64,000 nt of DNA, from positions 111,044,001 to 111,108,000 of the forward strand of contig NW_024704742.1 of assembly GCF_018977255.1 (NCBI RefSeq), given 5' to 3'. A program made the position numbers and the translations under genes. The stretch comes from Callorhinchus milii. Lineage: Eukaryota. Positions 25,107 through 37,970 of the stretch are shown in pieces (the first letter of the stretch is position 1; every line of letters starts with the position of its first letter). A model generated the notes under the pieces. The model did no database searches, was not told where the DNA came from, and was given only the letters and a program-made list of their open reading frames with translations.

Positions 25107-25450
25107 AATAATAATAATAATCCTTGAATTTGATAGAGCGCCTTAACACGTCTTTGAGATGTCTAAAAGCGCTTAACAGAATACACTGTAAAGTGAATTG
25201 ACTGTATATTTTGTGGGCGAAACACGATAGCCAATTGCACACAGTAGTGTCCCATAAACAGTCATGGGTCGATTAACAAAATTATTATTATTTTTTTTCA
25301 AAAATTGGGGAAGGAATTATGACCCTCGGAAAAGCAATCCGCTAATCGACTAACAACAAGGTTCCTACTTACTGCTAGGTAAACAGAGGCGTGTGAAGTA
25401 AGGAAACTTGCTCAACGTTTCTCCCTACCAGGAATTTAACAGGACTCCAC
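25107..25450 (-). mobile_element. tRNA-derived L2-tailed SINE
   Basis: Same family as 23760-24076, internally rearranged. Confidence 0.85.
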
Positions 25451-25474
25451 ATGTAAACATGCATTGACTTCAAG

Positions 25475-25900
25475 CATAACCTTCTATTCCTTTCTCCCTC
25501 ATGTATCTATCTAGCTTCCCCTTATAAATACATCTATGCTATTTGCCTCAACAACTCCTTGTGGTAGCATGTTCCACATTCCCACTACTCTCTGTGTGAA
25601 GAAATTTCTTCTAACTTCCCTATTTGATCTATTTGTGACTATTTTATATTGATGACCCCTGGTTTTGGTCTCCTCACAAGTGGAAACATCTTCCTTATGT
25701 CTACCCTTTATCAGGTCACCTCTCCTTACCCTCTTTTCAAGAGTTCAAGCATGTTAAGTCTTTCCTGTTAGATACAACCTCTCAGTTCTGGGATCACCCT
25801 TGTGAATCTCCTTTGCACCTTCTCCAGTGCCTCTACATCCCTTCTATAATGTGGGGACCAGAACTGCACACAGTATTCTAAGTGTGGTCTAACCACGGTT
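25475..25900 (-). mobile_element. CR1 3' fragment
   Basis: Reverse strand ttagaccacacttagaatactgtgtgcagttctggtcccc ([11 protein letters not shown]) plus CR1 3' region. Confidence 0.85.
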
Positions 25901-25904
25901 ACAT

Positions 25905-26730
25905 TCATATATTGCCTTTTACATCAGGAGGATAGTCTAGGGTTTGCACGCAAGCTGGGGGTGGGCGAGGGAGATCAGTGGGGGAAAGTGGGGCAAACAT
26001 GTTTGTGGGACACTACTGAGTGAAAGTGCAGTCAAACAGGAAGGTCTTGGGGCAGACCTTGAAGAAGGTGAGTTGAAGAGATAGTGGGATGAAGTTCCAG
26101 AGAGTGGAGCTGAAAGCTTGACCGACAATGATGGGGCAGGTGGGTTGAGGGACATTAAGCATGTTGGTGCCATCTGAGTGGAGGGAACGGCTGGGTTTGA
26201 GGAGGTCACAGAGGTAGGATGGGGTAAGCCAATGGCGGTATTTGAAGATTATAATGAGGAATTTGAACACAATCTACTGGGGATGGGGAGCCAGTGGAGC
26301 TGGGCTAGAATGAGGGTGACAGGCTCCAGATCTTGGGCGCAAAAGGACAAGACATAGTTCTGGATAGTCTGCAGGTATGAAGAGGCGGGTAGTCCAGCCA
26401 ACAGAGAGTTGGCATAATCTAGCATGGATGAGATGAATGATTAGATTGGGCTTTCGGTGGTCTGAGATAGTGGCGGAAATGGGCAATGTTACGGAGGTGG
26501 AGGAAAGCTGAGCAGTTCAAAGCACGAGATTTAAAGGATAGTTGAGAGTCAAACAAAACACCAAGGTTCTGCACAGGCTCCGCAAGGTGTAGGTTGATGA
26601 TATTGGTGCCTGTGGTAAGAAAGAGCAAATGGAGCCTAGCAGGAGAGCCTTGGTCTTGTTGATATTCAACTGAAGCAAGTTAGAGCTCATCCAGGACCTG
26701 ATGCCTTACAGACAATTGGTCAGAACAGCA
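25905..26730 (-). mobile_element. L2 fragment
   Basis: VQNLGVLFDSQLSF, FLHLRNIAHFR, KTFLFD. Confidence 0.88.
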
Positions 26731-29454
26731 GAACACACAGATATGTAGCTGTGGAAAGGAAGCCAGACAAAATCAAACCATGCCTGAGATAACACGTTAT
26801 TTTCGTACCAGCATCGCAATGCTACTTTTTCAGCAACTGCTTTCATTTCAGGTTTGAAAAATCTATTGTGCTTAATCCTGTAAGCCTACTTAAAGTACAC
26901 CCCGGTGGGATGCACAAATTCATGATACAGAGGTCAGGGCATTTTGTGTCAAAAAGATTAATAGAGATTTTGCCGGCATTTAGCCAGTTGACTAAACAAT
27001 TTGAATTTCTTTTCTTGTAGTTGGTCAGACACTTTTGGTTAACGTGCACTTCCTTTCACTTTCATTCTGCTGACCACAGATATGATATTCCAGTAGGGAA
27101 ACAAGCCCAGCCCTGGAGCGGCATGTCCTATTTGGCCATATTACAAGTAACACGACACAGCCAACATGCCTGATACTCCACAGAACAGTTATTTGTCTTG
27201 TACTCTCACACGTCAGCATCTACGCACATTTTCCAGTAATCACAAAGCTGCCGTCTCTTCATAATCCCCAAATAGAGGTGAAAAAGAAATATAAACTCAA
27301 ACACCCATTAAATAAAACTTGTTCTAAAAGCAAACAAAGGTCAAATCTAAACCGAGGCCGCAAGTTGTGTGCCTCGAATTTTACCTGTCTGGTGAACAAA
27401 GTAAACTAGGCAGAAATGCTCAAGACTCACAGCAAGATACTCCAAACAAACAAACAAAAATTATTTATAGCAAACAATCAACTAACTTTGATTTTTACTT
27501 TTATTTGTAAACGTTGCACAGAATTCCAATCTATTCATTGTTGTTTTCATTTTACATTGTTGCACTACTGAATGAGATTATTCTGGGTAACTATCTATGC
27601 CTGTGTGTAGGTATGGAGAATACAGTATGTTGTGGGCAAATAAGGAATATAGGAAATGGATGATAAAGCTGTATGGTTTGCAATTTATGTTTGTCCACTA
27701 CATTCTAGATTTGCTAGAAGGCGGATGTGGCTTTTACTAAAATAATAAAATGGTTCATTTCTCTTTTTTGAAGTCCATGGGGCAGTTTAATTTAGTTTTC
27801 TGACACACATAACACACTGCGTTGTTGCCTGGTACTCAATCCCTGCAGAAGTTCAATTGCAGATTGAAGCAATGTTTGATGAATCCAAGTTATTGCGACA
27901 TGGATTGGTCCATGGGAATCTCTTGGCTTTTCTATTAGTATCCAAAGTGCGAATTCTCCCCCTGAGCTCCCCCAAGAATGCTGGGCTCACATGCATTAGA
28001 TTTTAACTTCCATTAGATTCCCTGGATCCATATCCTCTCATTACTCCACCTAATACAAAAAAGGATTGAAATGTGATCAGTTGTGGATTTTTTGCTAAAA
28101 GTGTTGCTGCTTGGTGAAAGAAAATCTATCCCACAGGCTAAAACCTGTATTTCAACTATTATAGATCAGGATGCTCATTTAGTCTCTGGTGTTCTCTCAG
28201 TGTCTTCTGGTGACAAAGGACAACGTGCGTCTCTCAGCAGCCTGATTAACCCATTCTTCCTCATCCTGAGTGCTTGTCAGCAAGATCATTCTGTGGCTCT
28301 ATCCCCTTGTGCTCTCTATTCCAAACACATTCATCTCATTTTCAGAGCCTCCACGAGTGGCAATGAAACCACAGCTTGATTAAATGTGTTGTCTTTGGCA
28401 GCCAGCAAGTATTTGCAGTCCTCCTGAACACACATCTGCAGCAGAATTTGTTTTATGACTGCTATAAAGTACAGTAATTCAGAGTTACTTTATCATGCAA
28501 AACACCTTAGCAGCTTGATGTAAACAAGTAATGTAACATTTGCTTTATCTTTACGATCTCTGAACCATGGACTTCTCTTTCAGTTGTTTTTCCACAAAAA
28601 CTCACTTTTGAGTGTCCTTATCTCCTTCAATATGAGTGCATTCCACTGACATAAAAAGAGAATGTGTAGAATGGTGTTGAGTTACTTGACTAGAGGTGAA
28701 TGGCTAATTGAATTGGAACAAACTTTATTCCCAGTGCTGAACAGTGACAGGGAGTTCACTGTAAGCTTGGTTTAGCTTACAGCAGTGCAGTTAATGGCAG
28801 CACTGGTTCAGCACTGAAAATATAAATAAGGAAGTCCAGTCTATGCCCTCTTAGTTCAGCAGGGTATTCAGCAGTACATTCAATAGGAGCTGCCAATGAG
28901 ATTTACACTGATCCAAGTTACCACTGTGCAGGGGTCAAATCATGTTGCATACCTAATGACATCAAGCACTTAGAGGTTATATTAAAGGTAGCGGAGCCCA
29001 AAGAATGACTGGGGGCTCAAGAAGTGAACAACCTGTTCTGAAGCATCACTTATGCAACAAGGTCACCACATGTGTCACGTCATCACGTGTGCAACAAGAT
29101 AACACGCAACATAAGACCTTCAGAAACTTACAATTCAATAGTCAAAACAGGGGATGGTAAGAGTCGCTGCTCATTGTCGGCATCTCCACTTTGGCACTAG
29201 TTTGGTGTTGCTGATTGAACCAAACAAGTCAGTCTGGTTTACATGGTTTGCAATCTTGCCTCTAGGTCAGAGAGTTGTACATTCTAAATCCCAAACAAGT
29301 ACTTGATCTCAAAATCAAGCATGGCAGTCCTGTGGCGACCTGATTTGGTGTCAATTATGTCCTTTCGATTCATCCATTCATAAAATCTAACTAGTTAAAA
29401 ACTCTGGCACCCACATACTCACCTGCAATAAAGTCCATACCTCTAATACCCCAG

Positions 29455-30156
29455 TGCTTGCCAGGTTCCACTAGCTCCCTACTATTTCTTTGCTCTTTCT
29501 CCCCACTCCACCACCAAAGCTTTGGTACTCTCTCCCCCAATCTCTCCACCCTGACCCCTCCTTCCTCTCTTTTCGATCATGACTGAAGATCTTCCTCTTC
29601 AACCATGCTTACAGTCACCTCCTCTCTCCCCCCAGCTCAGCATTAGGCTCCGCCACTGTTAAAAGCTCCAAGATGCTGAATTTGTTGTTTGACCTTCAAC
29701 TGTCCTTCATACCCCATATCCGTGCCATGACCTGCTCTGCCTTACCCTACCTCTGCAACATCGCCCAGCTCTGCCACTGTCTCACACTGCAGGCCGCCAA
29801 GATGCTCAAACACGTATTCATAACATCCAGGCTCTCTGCTTGTAGGCCTCCCCAACTCCTCCCTTCATAGGCTGTAATCATTCAGAACTCTGCAGCCTCT
29901 CCCGCACCAGGTTCCACGACCCTATCGCCCCCATCCTCGTCCGACTCCGCTGGCTTCCCATCACACACAGGATGCAAGGATGCAGTTCAAGATCCTGGTC
30001 TTCACTTTCAAAGCCCTCCGTGACCTTGCTCCCCCCTACTTCTGCAACATTCTAACCCCTACCAACCTGACCGCTCCCTCTGGTCAGCTGGCCACTATTG
30101 AGCGCTCCAGATACTACCTTGCGTGAAGAATGCAATATAAATGCAAGTTGTTATTG
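29455..30156 (+). mobile_element. Composite of L2 fragments within an old DeuSINE-like sequence
   Basis: LFDLQLSFIPHIRAMT...FITSRL, L2 tail at 30100-30156. Confidence 0.75.
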
Positions 30157-30344
30157 CTTGGATAATTCATTAAACCAAGGCCCTGGCTGCCAATTCTTGC
30201 ACAGATAGATGTTAAAGATCATGTAGCATTAATCTGAACTAAGATGATTTCCTGACCAATATTTTTCACTCATGCAAAGATCGTAATTATTTCTTTAACT
30301 CATTGCAATTTGTGGGTTGTTGCTGATGCTGATTCAGTTGTTAT

Positions 30345-30658
30345 AATAATAATCCTTGCATTTGATATAGCGCTTTTCACGTCGGGAGGACGTCCCAAAG
30401 CGCTTCACAGAACACACTGTAAAGTGAATTGACTGTATATTTGTGGGCGAATGCGGCAGCCAATTGCGCACAGCAATGTCCCACAAACAGTCGTAGATTG
30501 AAAATGACCAATTTTATTATTGTTTTTTGGTTTTGGAGGGATTATTATTAGGCGTGTGGAGTAAAGAAACTTGCCCAAGGTTTTGCCCTGCCTAGAATTG
30601 AACTCAGGTCTCTCACTTGCAAAGCGAGTGCTCTAACCACTGAGCTACAGGACTCCAC
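30345..30658 (-). mobile_element. Full-length young tRNA-Ala-like SINE
   Basis: Reverse complement nearly identical to 23760-24076. Confidence 0.95.
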
Positions 30659-30670
30659 TGGTTGCTGGTT

Positions 30671-30797
30671 GTCAGGCAACATCTATGGAGAAAGGAAAGT
30701 GAGTCAACGAAGGGTCATGGACCCAAAACGTTGACTCACTTTCCTTTCTCCATAGATGCTGCCTGACCTGCTGAGTGTTCCCAGTGACTTCTGTTTC
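30671..30797. mobile_element. Penelope-like terminus arranged as a 39-bp inverted repeat
   Basis: Arms 30671-30709 and 30729-30767 (1 mismatch), 19-nt spacer containing gggtc-atg-gaccc. Confidence 0.75.
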
Positions 30798-32919
30798 ACT
30801 TTGCAGTATATTCTGTGAAGCACTTTGAGACATCTCGAAGACCCGATAAGGCGCTATATCAAATGCAAGGATTATTATTATACATTACTATTATTATTTC
30901 ATGTTGGGAGGGTGTTCCATGGCGCTGCACAGTCTTCACCTGAGCTAACAAATATATCCAAGAAAACACTCAGCACGATTTTGAATTCATAGTGTAGTTT
31001 GACACTCCACTGCAATCCTGGAGAAGTTCTGCATTGTTGGAGATCCTGGACTGTTCTGGCCACCAATACCCAAGATAGAGAATTGGTCATTCACTTCATG
31101 GTTGTTTGTGGAACATTGCTATGGCAAATTTGCTGCTCTGCTCATCTCTAAATAAAGTTACTGCACTTTACAGAAACCCTTGTGAAGCATTTTGATGCAA
31201 TTTACAACAACAACTTGGATATATATAGCGCCCTCCACGCCGGACAGCATCTCAGAGCACTTTACAGTTTAGGATCCCGAGACCGAGCCAGGGAGGGGTG
31301 GGAAGGTGACCAAAGGCGCGGTCGAAAAAAAAGGTTTGGGTCATAGTATTTATTCTTGTGTGGATCTACACAGTGGGTGGCATTGGGATATTCAACTGTG
31401 GGAGCCACCACAGCTGAGTTTTATCGTGACCTTGCCTGTCACTCTGTGCATGTGCACTTTGTGCCATGGATTGCTGAAAAGTGATCAAAAATGACAAACT
31501 GGGCTCAATTTATATTCCCCACAGCAGATAAAATCTGAAGTCACTTTTAGCAACCCCATTATTACCTTGGCTAGGCTAAGATCTGTTACCTCAGCACAGA
31601 CCAGGAATCTGCTGTGTGTAGCTCCACCATGTGGTGCACTTACCTAGTGAAGGAGGAAATTTGGATGACCTTTGAATTATTATAATGACCCAATGCCTGG
31701 AAATCAGAAGGCTGCCTGAAGACGTCTGAGACCTCTCAAGCTCTGCAGACTGTTGAGAAGTTGGACTAACAAAACCTGGATGTTTTGGTCAATGGTAATC
31801 TCATACAATGTTACAGCACAGACACAGGCCAACTGCCTATTACGTCTGCACTTCATGCTTATCTCCACAGAAACCACATGAATTCTACCATTCAGCTGAC
31901 TTCTCGTATCCTTTAATATTTCTATCTTTTAAGACTAAATTATGGCCTCTGCTTCAAAAATGGTCTGCAGCAGAGAATTCCATATTCCCATGACTTCCTG
32001 TGTAAAGATGATACAGGGACAGGCATATTCTATGCTGAGCACTAAGAATGGGGATCTCTTAGCTAGGTTTTTCTTGTGGGAAATACATACTTTTTCTTTT
32101 CACCTTTTTTTTCCAGCATTGAGCATGAAACAACCCTCTGGGAGAAGAAGGTGCTCTTTATTGTTTGATTAGAAAGCAGAATTTATTAATGTGCCAATTT
32201 TGAGGCCATTATTGGGTGGTTTGGTAAGTAAAAAGGTCACACAATAACACTCATGGAGAAGAGTAAGGTTGTCAACCATAAGTCTGGGGATGATTGGACT
32301 GCTCCAAGGTGTGCTGCAAACCATCTTCGTGAATGATTTTCCTTTGCACTTTCTCAGGCATTGTTCATTGCAGGCAGTGTTCCATGTCCAGGGACAAGAA
32401 GCCGGAGCAGGTAATAAGTGATTTTCTGAGCTGCAATGTCACAGGGGTAGAATAGAAGGAGCTGCTTGTAATCAGAAAGAGCAAAAGGCCTTGTTGTTTC
32501 TGAGGAGGAGGTCATTACTCTTTCTATAACCTACAAAGGTAATAAGAATGCTGGATGACTAGGCACTTATTCGCTGACTGGTTGAAAATGTGGAACTGGC
32601 AGCCAGTTGTTGCTGGAAGAAAGCCTTGGATAGCTGTACATTTTGTCCAAAGATCACTAACTCAAATATCTTGTTTTCTTCTTTCCAAATCCCATATCCC
32701 CCAGGAACTAGCAAGTACAAAGTCAGTGATTATTGCATAACTGTTCACATTCATTGTTCATATAATCTGTGAGTAAACATACAGGTGTTTATTTTGATTC
32801 AAATTAAAAGTTACAGCAAAGTTACAAGTACAGAATAGTGTTCTGATATGCTACCTCATGTGAAGAGTACTATGTAAATGCAAGTTGTTGTTTGCATATT
32901 ATTGTTGTATAACGAAGTA

Positions 32920-33513
32920 CAGTGGAAACCGATTAAAACAGACACATCGGTGCCACCTGTTTGTCCGGTTTAAGAGGTGTCTGAGGTTAACCAAAATACC
33001 ATTACCTCTTCTAGCCTAGTTGAGGAATGGCTGCTCCACCCTCCCATTGCCGTTCCCATTGGACAGGAAGAGGACCAATTCACCACATTTCCGAGGTGAT
33101 TGAGGCTGGGAGCCGCTTGTGAATGTTTGGGCTCCAGTCATTCACAAGCGGCTCCAGATGTCAATTAATCAGGATTTGACTCCCTCAATCCCCTCTCTGG
33201 TTTCTTCCCTATTCCTCTGCCCCTCCCCCCTCACTGATTGACAGCCCAAAACCGCTTAGGAATGGCTGGAGTCCGCTGTCAATCAATTGCAATTTAACCC
33301 GTTCATCCTGGAGCCACTCATAACACAGAAGGTGCGAGTGAGTACATTCAACAACAATCAGCACGGTATTTTGTCCGGATTTACCGAATTGTTGTACGAA
33401 TTAACCATCATATTAAAAATGGGTAAGAATGCAAATGAATTGAGACGGGACATTTTGTCCAATTCAGCCGATGGCCGAGGTTAACTGACAGCTGGTTAAA
33501 GTGGCTTCCACTG
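32920..33513. mobile_element. Tigger/pogo-like MITE, 594 bp
   Basis: TA|cagtggaaaccgattaa ... ttaaagtggcttccactg|TA: imperfect TIRs with TA on both flanks. Confidence 0.8.
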
Positions 33514-33977
33514 TAAATGTATCTTGTCCTTATGGTATTTCTGTTACATGTATAACCCCATTATAAGGTGCTTCATTATAACCTGGGTTTGCTTATTACA
33601 TGGTTAGATAGACAGTACAACAACAGCAGTGAAAAAGGCCTTTCAGCCCAACTACCAATTAGTACCAATGTTTATACTCCACATGAGCTTCCATCCCTTT
33701 TAATATCCTTTCCCTATCTCCTCCCATATCTTTTTATTCACTTCTTGTTCATGTATGCACGGTTAGGTTGTGCTTGTAGCATGGTTGGAATGTGGATACA
33801 GTATTTACTCACTCAAATAAATCCAAAATGCACGTGCCAGCCATGGACTCTACCACTGTGCTGAGGTCATAGAAGAAGCTGCATACCTTTCCCCGAAGTG
33901 GGACAAATGCAGTGTGATTCTATTGTAAAATCCACATACAGTTCATACAAATACCTGCTTTATAAATAAAATACTAA

Positions 33978-34300
33978 ATAATAATAATAATCATCCTTGC
34001 ATTTGATATAGCGCTTTTCATGACTTCTGGACTCAAAGTCTCAAAGCGCTTCACAGAATATACTGTAAAGTGTGGTGACTGTGCGTTTTGTGGGCGAAAC
34101 GCGGCAGCCAATTGCACACAGCAGTGTCCCACAAACAGTCGTGGATTGAAGTGACTAATTTATTATTGTTTTTTTTTCTTGAGGGATTATTATCAGACGT
34201 GTGGAGTAAGGAAACTTGCTCAAGGTTTTGGCCTGCTGGGAATCAAACCCAGGTGTCTCGCTTGCAAGGCGAGTGCTCTAACCACTGAGCTACAGGACTC
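33978..34300 (-). mobile_element. tRNA-Ala-like SINE, near full length
   Basis: Head, core and (tta)n tail as in the other copies. Confidence 0.92.
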
Positions 34301-35779
34301 AACCAATGAGCTTTAAACTGACTTTTTTACTTTGTATTTGCTTTTTATCTTTATCTCTATTTTACTGAGCTGAAGTATAATACTCTTCTTTCAATGTCAC
34401 AATTTTCCTCATTCATGGCTTCAATTATGCACAGATGTTTTTTGGAGTAACAGGCTCCACTGTTATTATTTCAATGCAAAACAATGGAAAAGTTGAAAGT
34501 CATAGAATATATAGTCCATGTTTCAAAATATCTTCCATTATGGTTAAAAGTGGGCAAAAAATTGTGCAATTGCTAGTAATCCACTGTGAATTATTGGCAA
34601 GTGAATAACAGTGTATGGAAAACACATTATTCATTCTACAGGAATGAGCTTTTCCTGCCAAGTGCTGATAATGTAACCACATCTCAGCACGGACCCGATT
34701 TATTAATGATTCAGCCATTCATGCTATAGGAAACGCTGCTTTCAAGCAACCTTTTCGTCTATCACAACCTACTAGTTCCTTGTACCCTGTTTACAATAGG
34801 AGTATTATGATTTTAAAAAATAGGAATATCAGATTCAGAATCAAATTTTTGTGACAGATATTCATACAATCCACTTTTGTTATTTCAATTGTTTAACCTT
34901 GTTTTACGATACTGTTGTAATCTCTGCTTCTGAACAGTGGACTGCCTAAACCCTTGCACCTCTTATCACAAATCCTACATCTGGTTCTCACAGATGGTGA
35001 ATAGGAAATTCATAAGTGCTTGCTGACCCGCATGTAAAGTAGCTGTATAAAGGCTTGCTATTGGTTTGCTGAGTTTGGGTTGTTGCTGAGCACATTGTAA
35101 TAGGATGCTCAAGGCTTGGATTGGTTAATTCACTCACAGATTTAATTCTCGCACAAATGGTTGTTACCATCTAACAATCACCATCACACAGAGCTGCTCC
35201 TGAAGCACTATTCATATCCTGACCTGAGAAACGCTGCTCACAATACAAAGAGTCATTCTTCCCCAGCTGAGCTTTAACGCTAATATACGACACTTTAAAT
35301 CTTTCACAGTGACGCAGACTAGACTCGGATGAAAGGAACAATTTTCCTTATAAAACTGGGTACAATGCAGTGGAATTCATGCTCAGGATGTGCATTTCGC
35401 ATGGATGCTATTTTTAAAGCCTTTGAAGCTTCGACTTTCCTTGCAGGAATTATTCTGTTGAAAGTGTGCAAAATTCATGGCAGTTTTGTGTATCAAAAGA
35501 AGACAATGAAGAACAATTTGGAAAATTGTGCATTCCCAATTTTGAAGATTGTAGCTGGAAAAGTTAGTCAGGACAGACGACTTGGTTTGCAAATTGTGTG
35601 TCTTAATTTTAATTGAATCAGGTTATTCTATACCCATCACCAACAGAGAGTTGCAAGATCTTTGTGGACATGCAGTCAATAAAACTGAAGTAATATTCAC
35701 CCTGCAAGAAGTGTGGAAGTTCCACTGCAACATACATCCACACCAAAGAACACTAACAACAACATGTAAACTCTTTACA

Positions 35780-35946
35780 CCAACAACAACAAGATTGCAT
35801 TTATAGAGTGGCTTTCATGTCGGGAGGATGTCCCAAGGCGCTGGTCAGTTGGGTCGGGACCCGAGCAGGGGGGGAATGGTCAGGGTGAGGGAAGGGAGGT
35901 AACGAGGAGGGGGTAGAGAGTCGAGAGGGGAGGTGAAGGCACGGTT
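35780..35946 (-). mobile_element. L2 tail fragment (same subfamily as 11591-11987)
   Basis: Shared 3' UTR acccgagcagggggg...agagagtcgagagggg. Confidence 0.85.
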
Positions 35947-35979
35947 CTATAAATAGGCTTGCAAACATGGAATTATCTC

Positions 35980-36963
35980 ACAACAAGATTACATTTATAT
36001 AGCGCCTTTCACATTGGGAGGAGGTCCCAAGGCGCTGGACAGAGTACAGCATTTCAGACGTGAGCTGGGGTCGGGGGGGGATGGGGGGTGGCCGATGGCA
36101 TGGTCGAAGAGGAAGGTCTTGAGGCAGGACTTGAAGGAGGCTAAGGAGGCGAGGCAGAGTGACTGGGGGATGGAATTCCAGAGGTTGTGGGCAGAGTGGC
36201 TGAAGCCTCTCCCGCCAATGGTAGGGCGGGTGGGTCGGGGGACATGGAGCCGGCTGAGCGGAGGGAACGGGTGGGTTGGTAGGGGGTTAGGAGGTCGCAG
36301 AGGTAAGGTGGGGCGAGGCAATGGAGGAGTTGGGAAGGCCAACAAGCAGGGCGTTTGCACAGTCGAGTCTGGAGGTGATGAAGACACGAACAGGAGTTTC
36401 AGCGGCCTGAGGGGTGAGGTAGTGGCGGAATCGGGCGATGTTACGGAGGTGAGGGAAGGCAGAGCGGGTCATGGCTTGGATGTGGGGGAGAAAAGACAGT
36501 TGAGGGTCGAACAAGACACCGAGGTTCCTGACTGGCTTGGTGAGTTACAGTGTGAAACCACGGAGGTTGATGTTGCCAGAGCCTGAGGTGCTGAGGCGCT
36601 GGCGTGAGCCAATCAGGAGGGCCTCAGTCTTGTTCATGTTCAACTGTAGGAAATTTGCCCTCATCCAGGACTTGATGTCCGACCGGCAGTCTGTCAGGAC
36701 AGCAGTGGTCCTGGAGTTGAGGGTGGAGGCAGAAATATAGAGTTGGGTGTCATCCGCATACAAGTTGACTCCATGTCTGCGGATGATGTTACCAAGGGGA
36801 GCATGTAGATATTAAAGAGGAGAGGGCCAAGGACAGAGCCCTGGGGGACGCCAGACGTGACAGTGCGGGGGCTGGAGGAGAAACCATTAGAGGCAACAAA
36901 GTGGAGAAGGTGAGAGAGATAGGAATCGCACCAGGCAAGGGCTGGTCCGTGAAGATTGAGTAA
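35980..36963 (-). mobile_element. L2, 5'-truncated
   Basis: [28 protein letters not shown]2 tail. Confidence 0.94.
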
Positions 36964-37541
36964 GGCTAAAATAAAAATGAGCCTTAAATCTGTAGGTAGT
37001 TATGATCCTGAGTGAGTTTCCATTATTAATAAGAAAATATGGGGGGGATTTTGCGATATCGTTTAAAGAATCTGTTAATTAAGAAACCCAGAAGTCTGTG
37101 ACTCACAATAGCAGGAACGCTGCTCCAACCCAATCTGTTAAGCGGGTTCTCAGGATTCACAGTGATGCATGTGACACGTTTCAAGATATCAGAGAAATCA
37201 CCACTTTTTAGTTTTAATGAACAAAGCTGTTTGTAATTCTTAACCGCTAAATAGGATGACAGCCAGGCTACATCCACCTGACTTCTTGAACGTTATGCTT
37301 TGCTGGCCCTCTCTTCTCCCACTGGTCAATTGAAGACAAGCACATAAAGGATGATCGGCCCAAAGAAAGTGCAGGAAAATCGGCCCAACTAATTGAACTG
37401 TAAGTGGCTGCAAGTGTCTTCTAAAAGGTACATTTTGTAGCAATCCGTATTAAAGCCATAGGAACATAAGAAACTATAGAACCAAAAAAGATCATTGTGG
37501 TCCATCTGGTGGTGTTAAAATAAAAATAAGCTAGATAATCC

Positions 37542-37970
37542 AACAACAACAACAACAACAAGATTCCATTTATAAAGCGCCTTTCACGTCAGGAGGACGT
37601 CCCAAGGCGCTGCACAGTTGGGTCATGACCCGAGCAGGGGGGAAATGGTGAGGGGAGGGGAGGGAGCGAGGAGGGGGGAAATGGTCAGGGTGAGGGGAGG
37701 GAAGGGAGGGAGCGAGGAGGGGGAAGAGAGTCGAGAGGGGAGCTGAAGGCTTGGTCAAAGAGAAAGGTTTTGAGACCGGCCTTGAAGGAGGAAAGGGAGG
37801 AAGCAAGGCGAAGGCCCTGGGGGATAGAGTTCCAGAGCCTCGGGGCTGAGAGGCTGAAGGCCCGACCACCAATGGTAGGGCGATTGGGGCGGGGGACGTG
37901 GAGCAGACCGGAGCCGGAGGAACGGAGGGTACGGGCAGGTAGGTAGGGGGATAGTAGGTTGGAGAGGTAA
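37542..37970 (-). mobile_element. Young L2 3' fragment with a short duplication in the 3' UTR
   Basis: TIGGRAFSLSAPRLWNSIP, (gtt)n tail. Confidence 0.93.
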
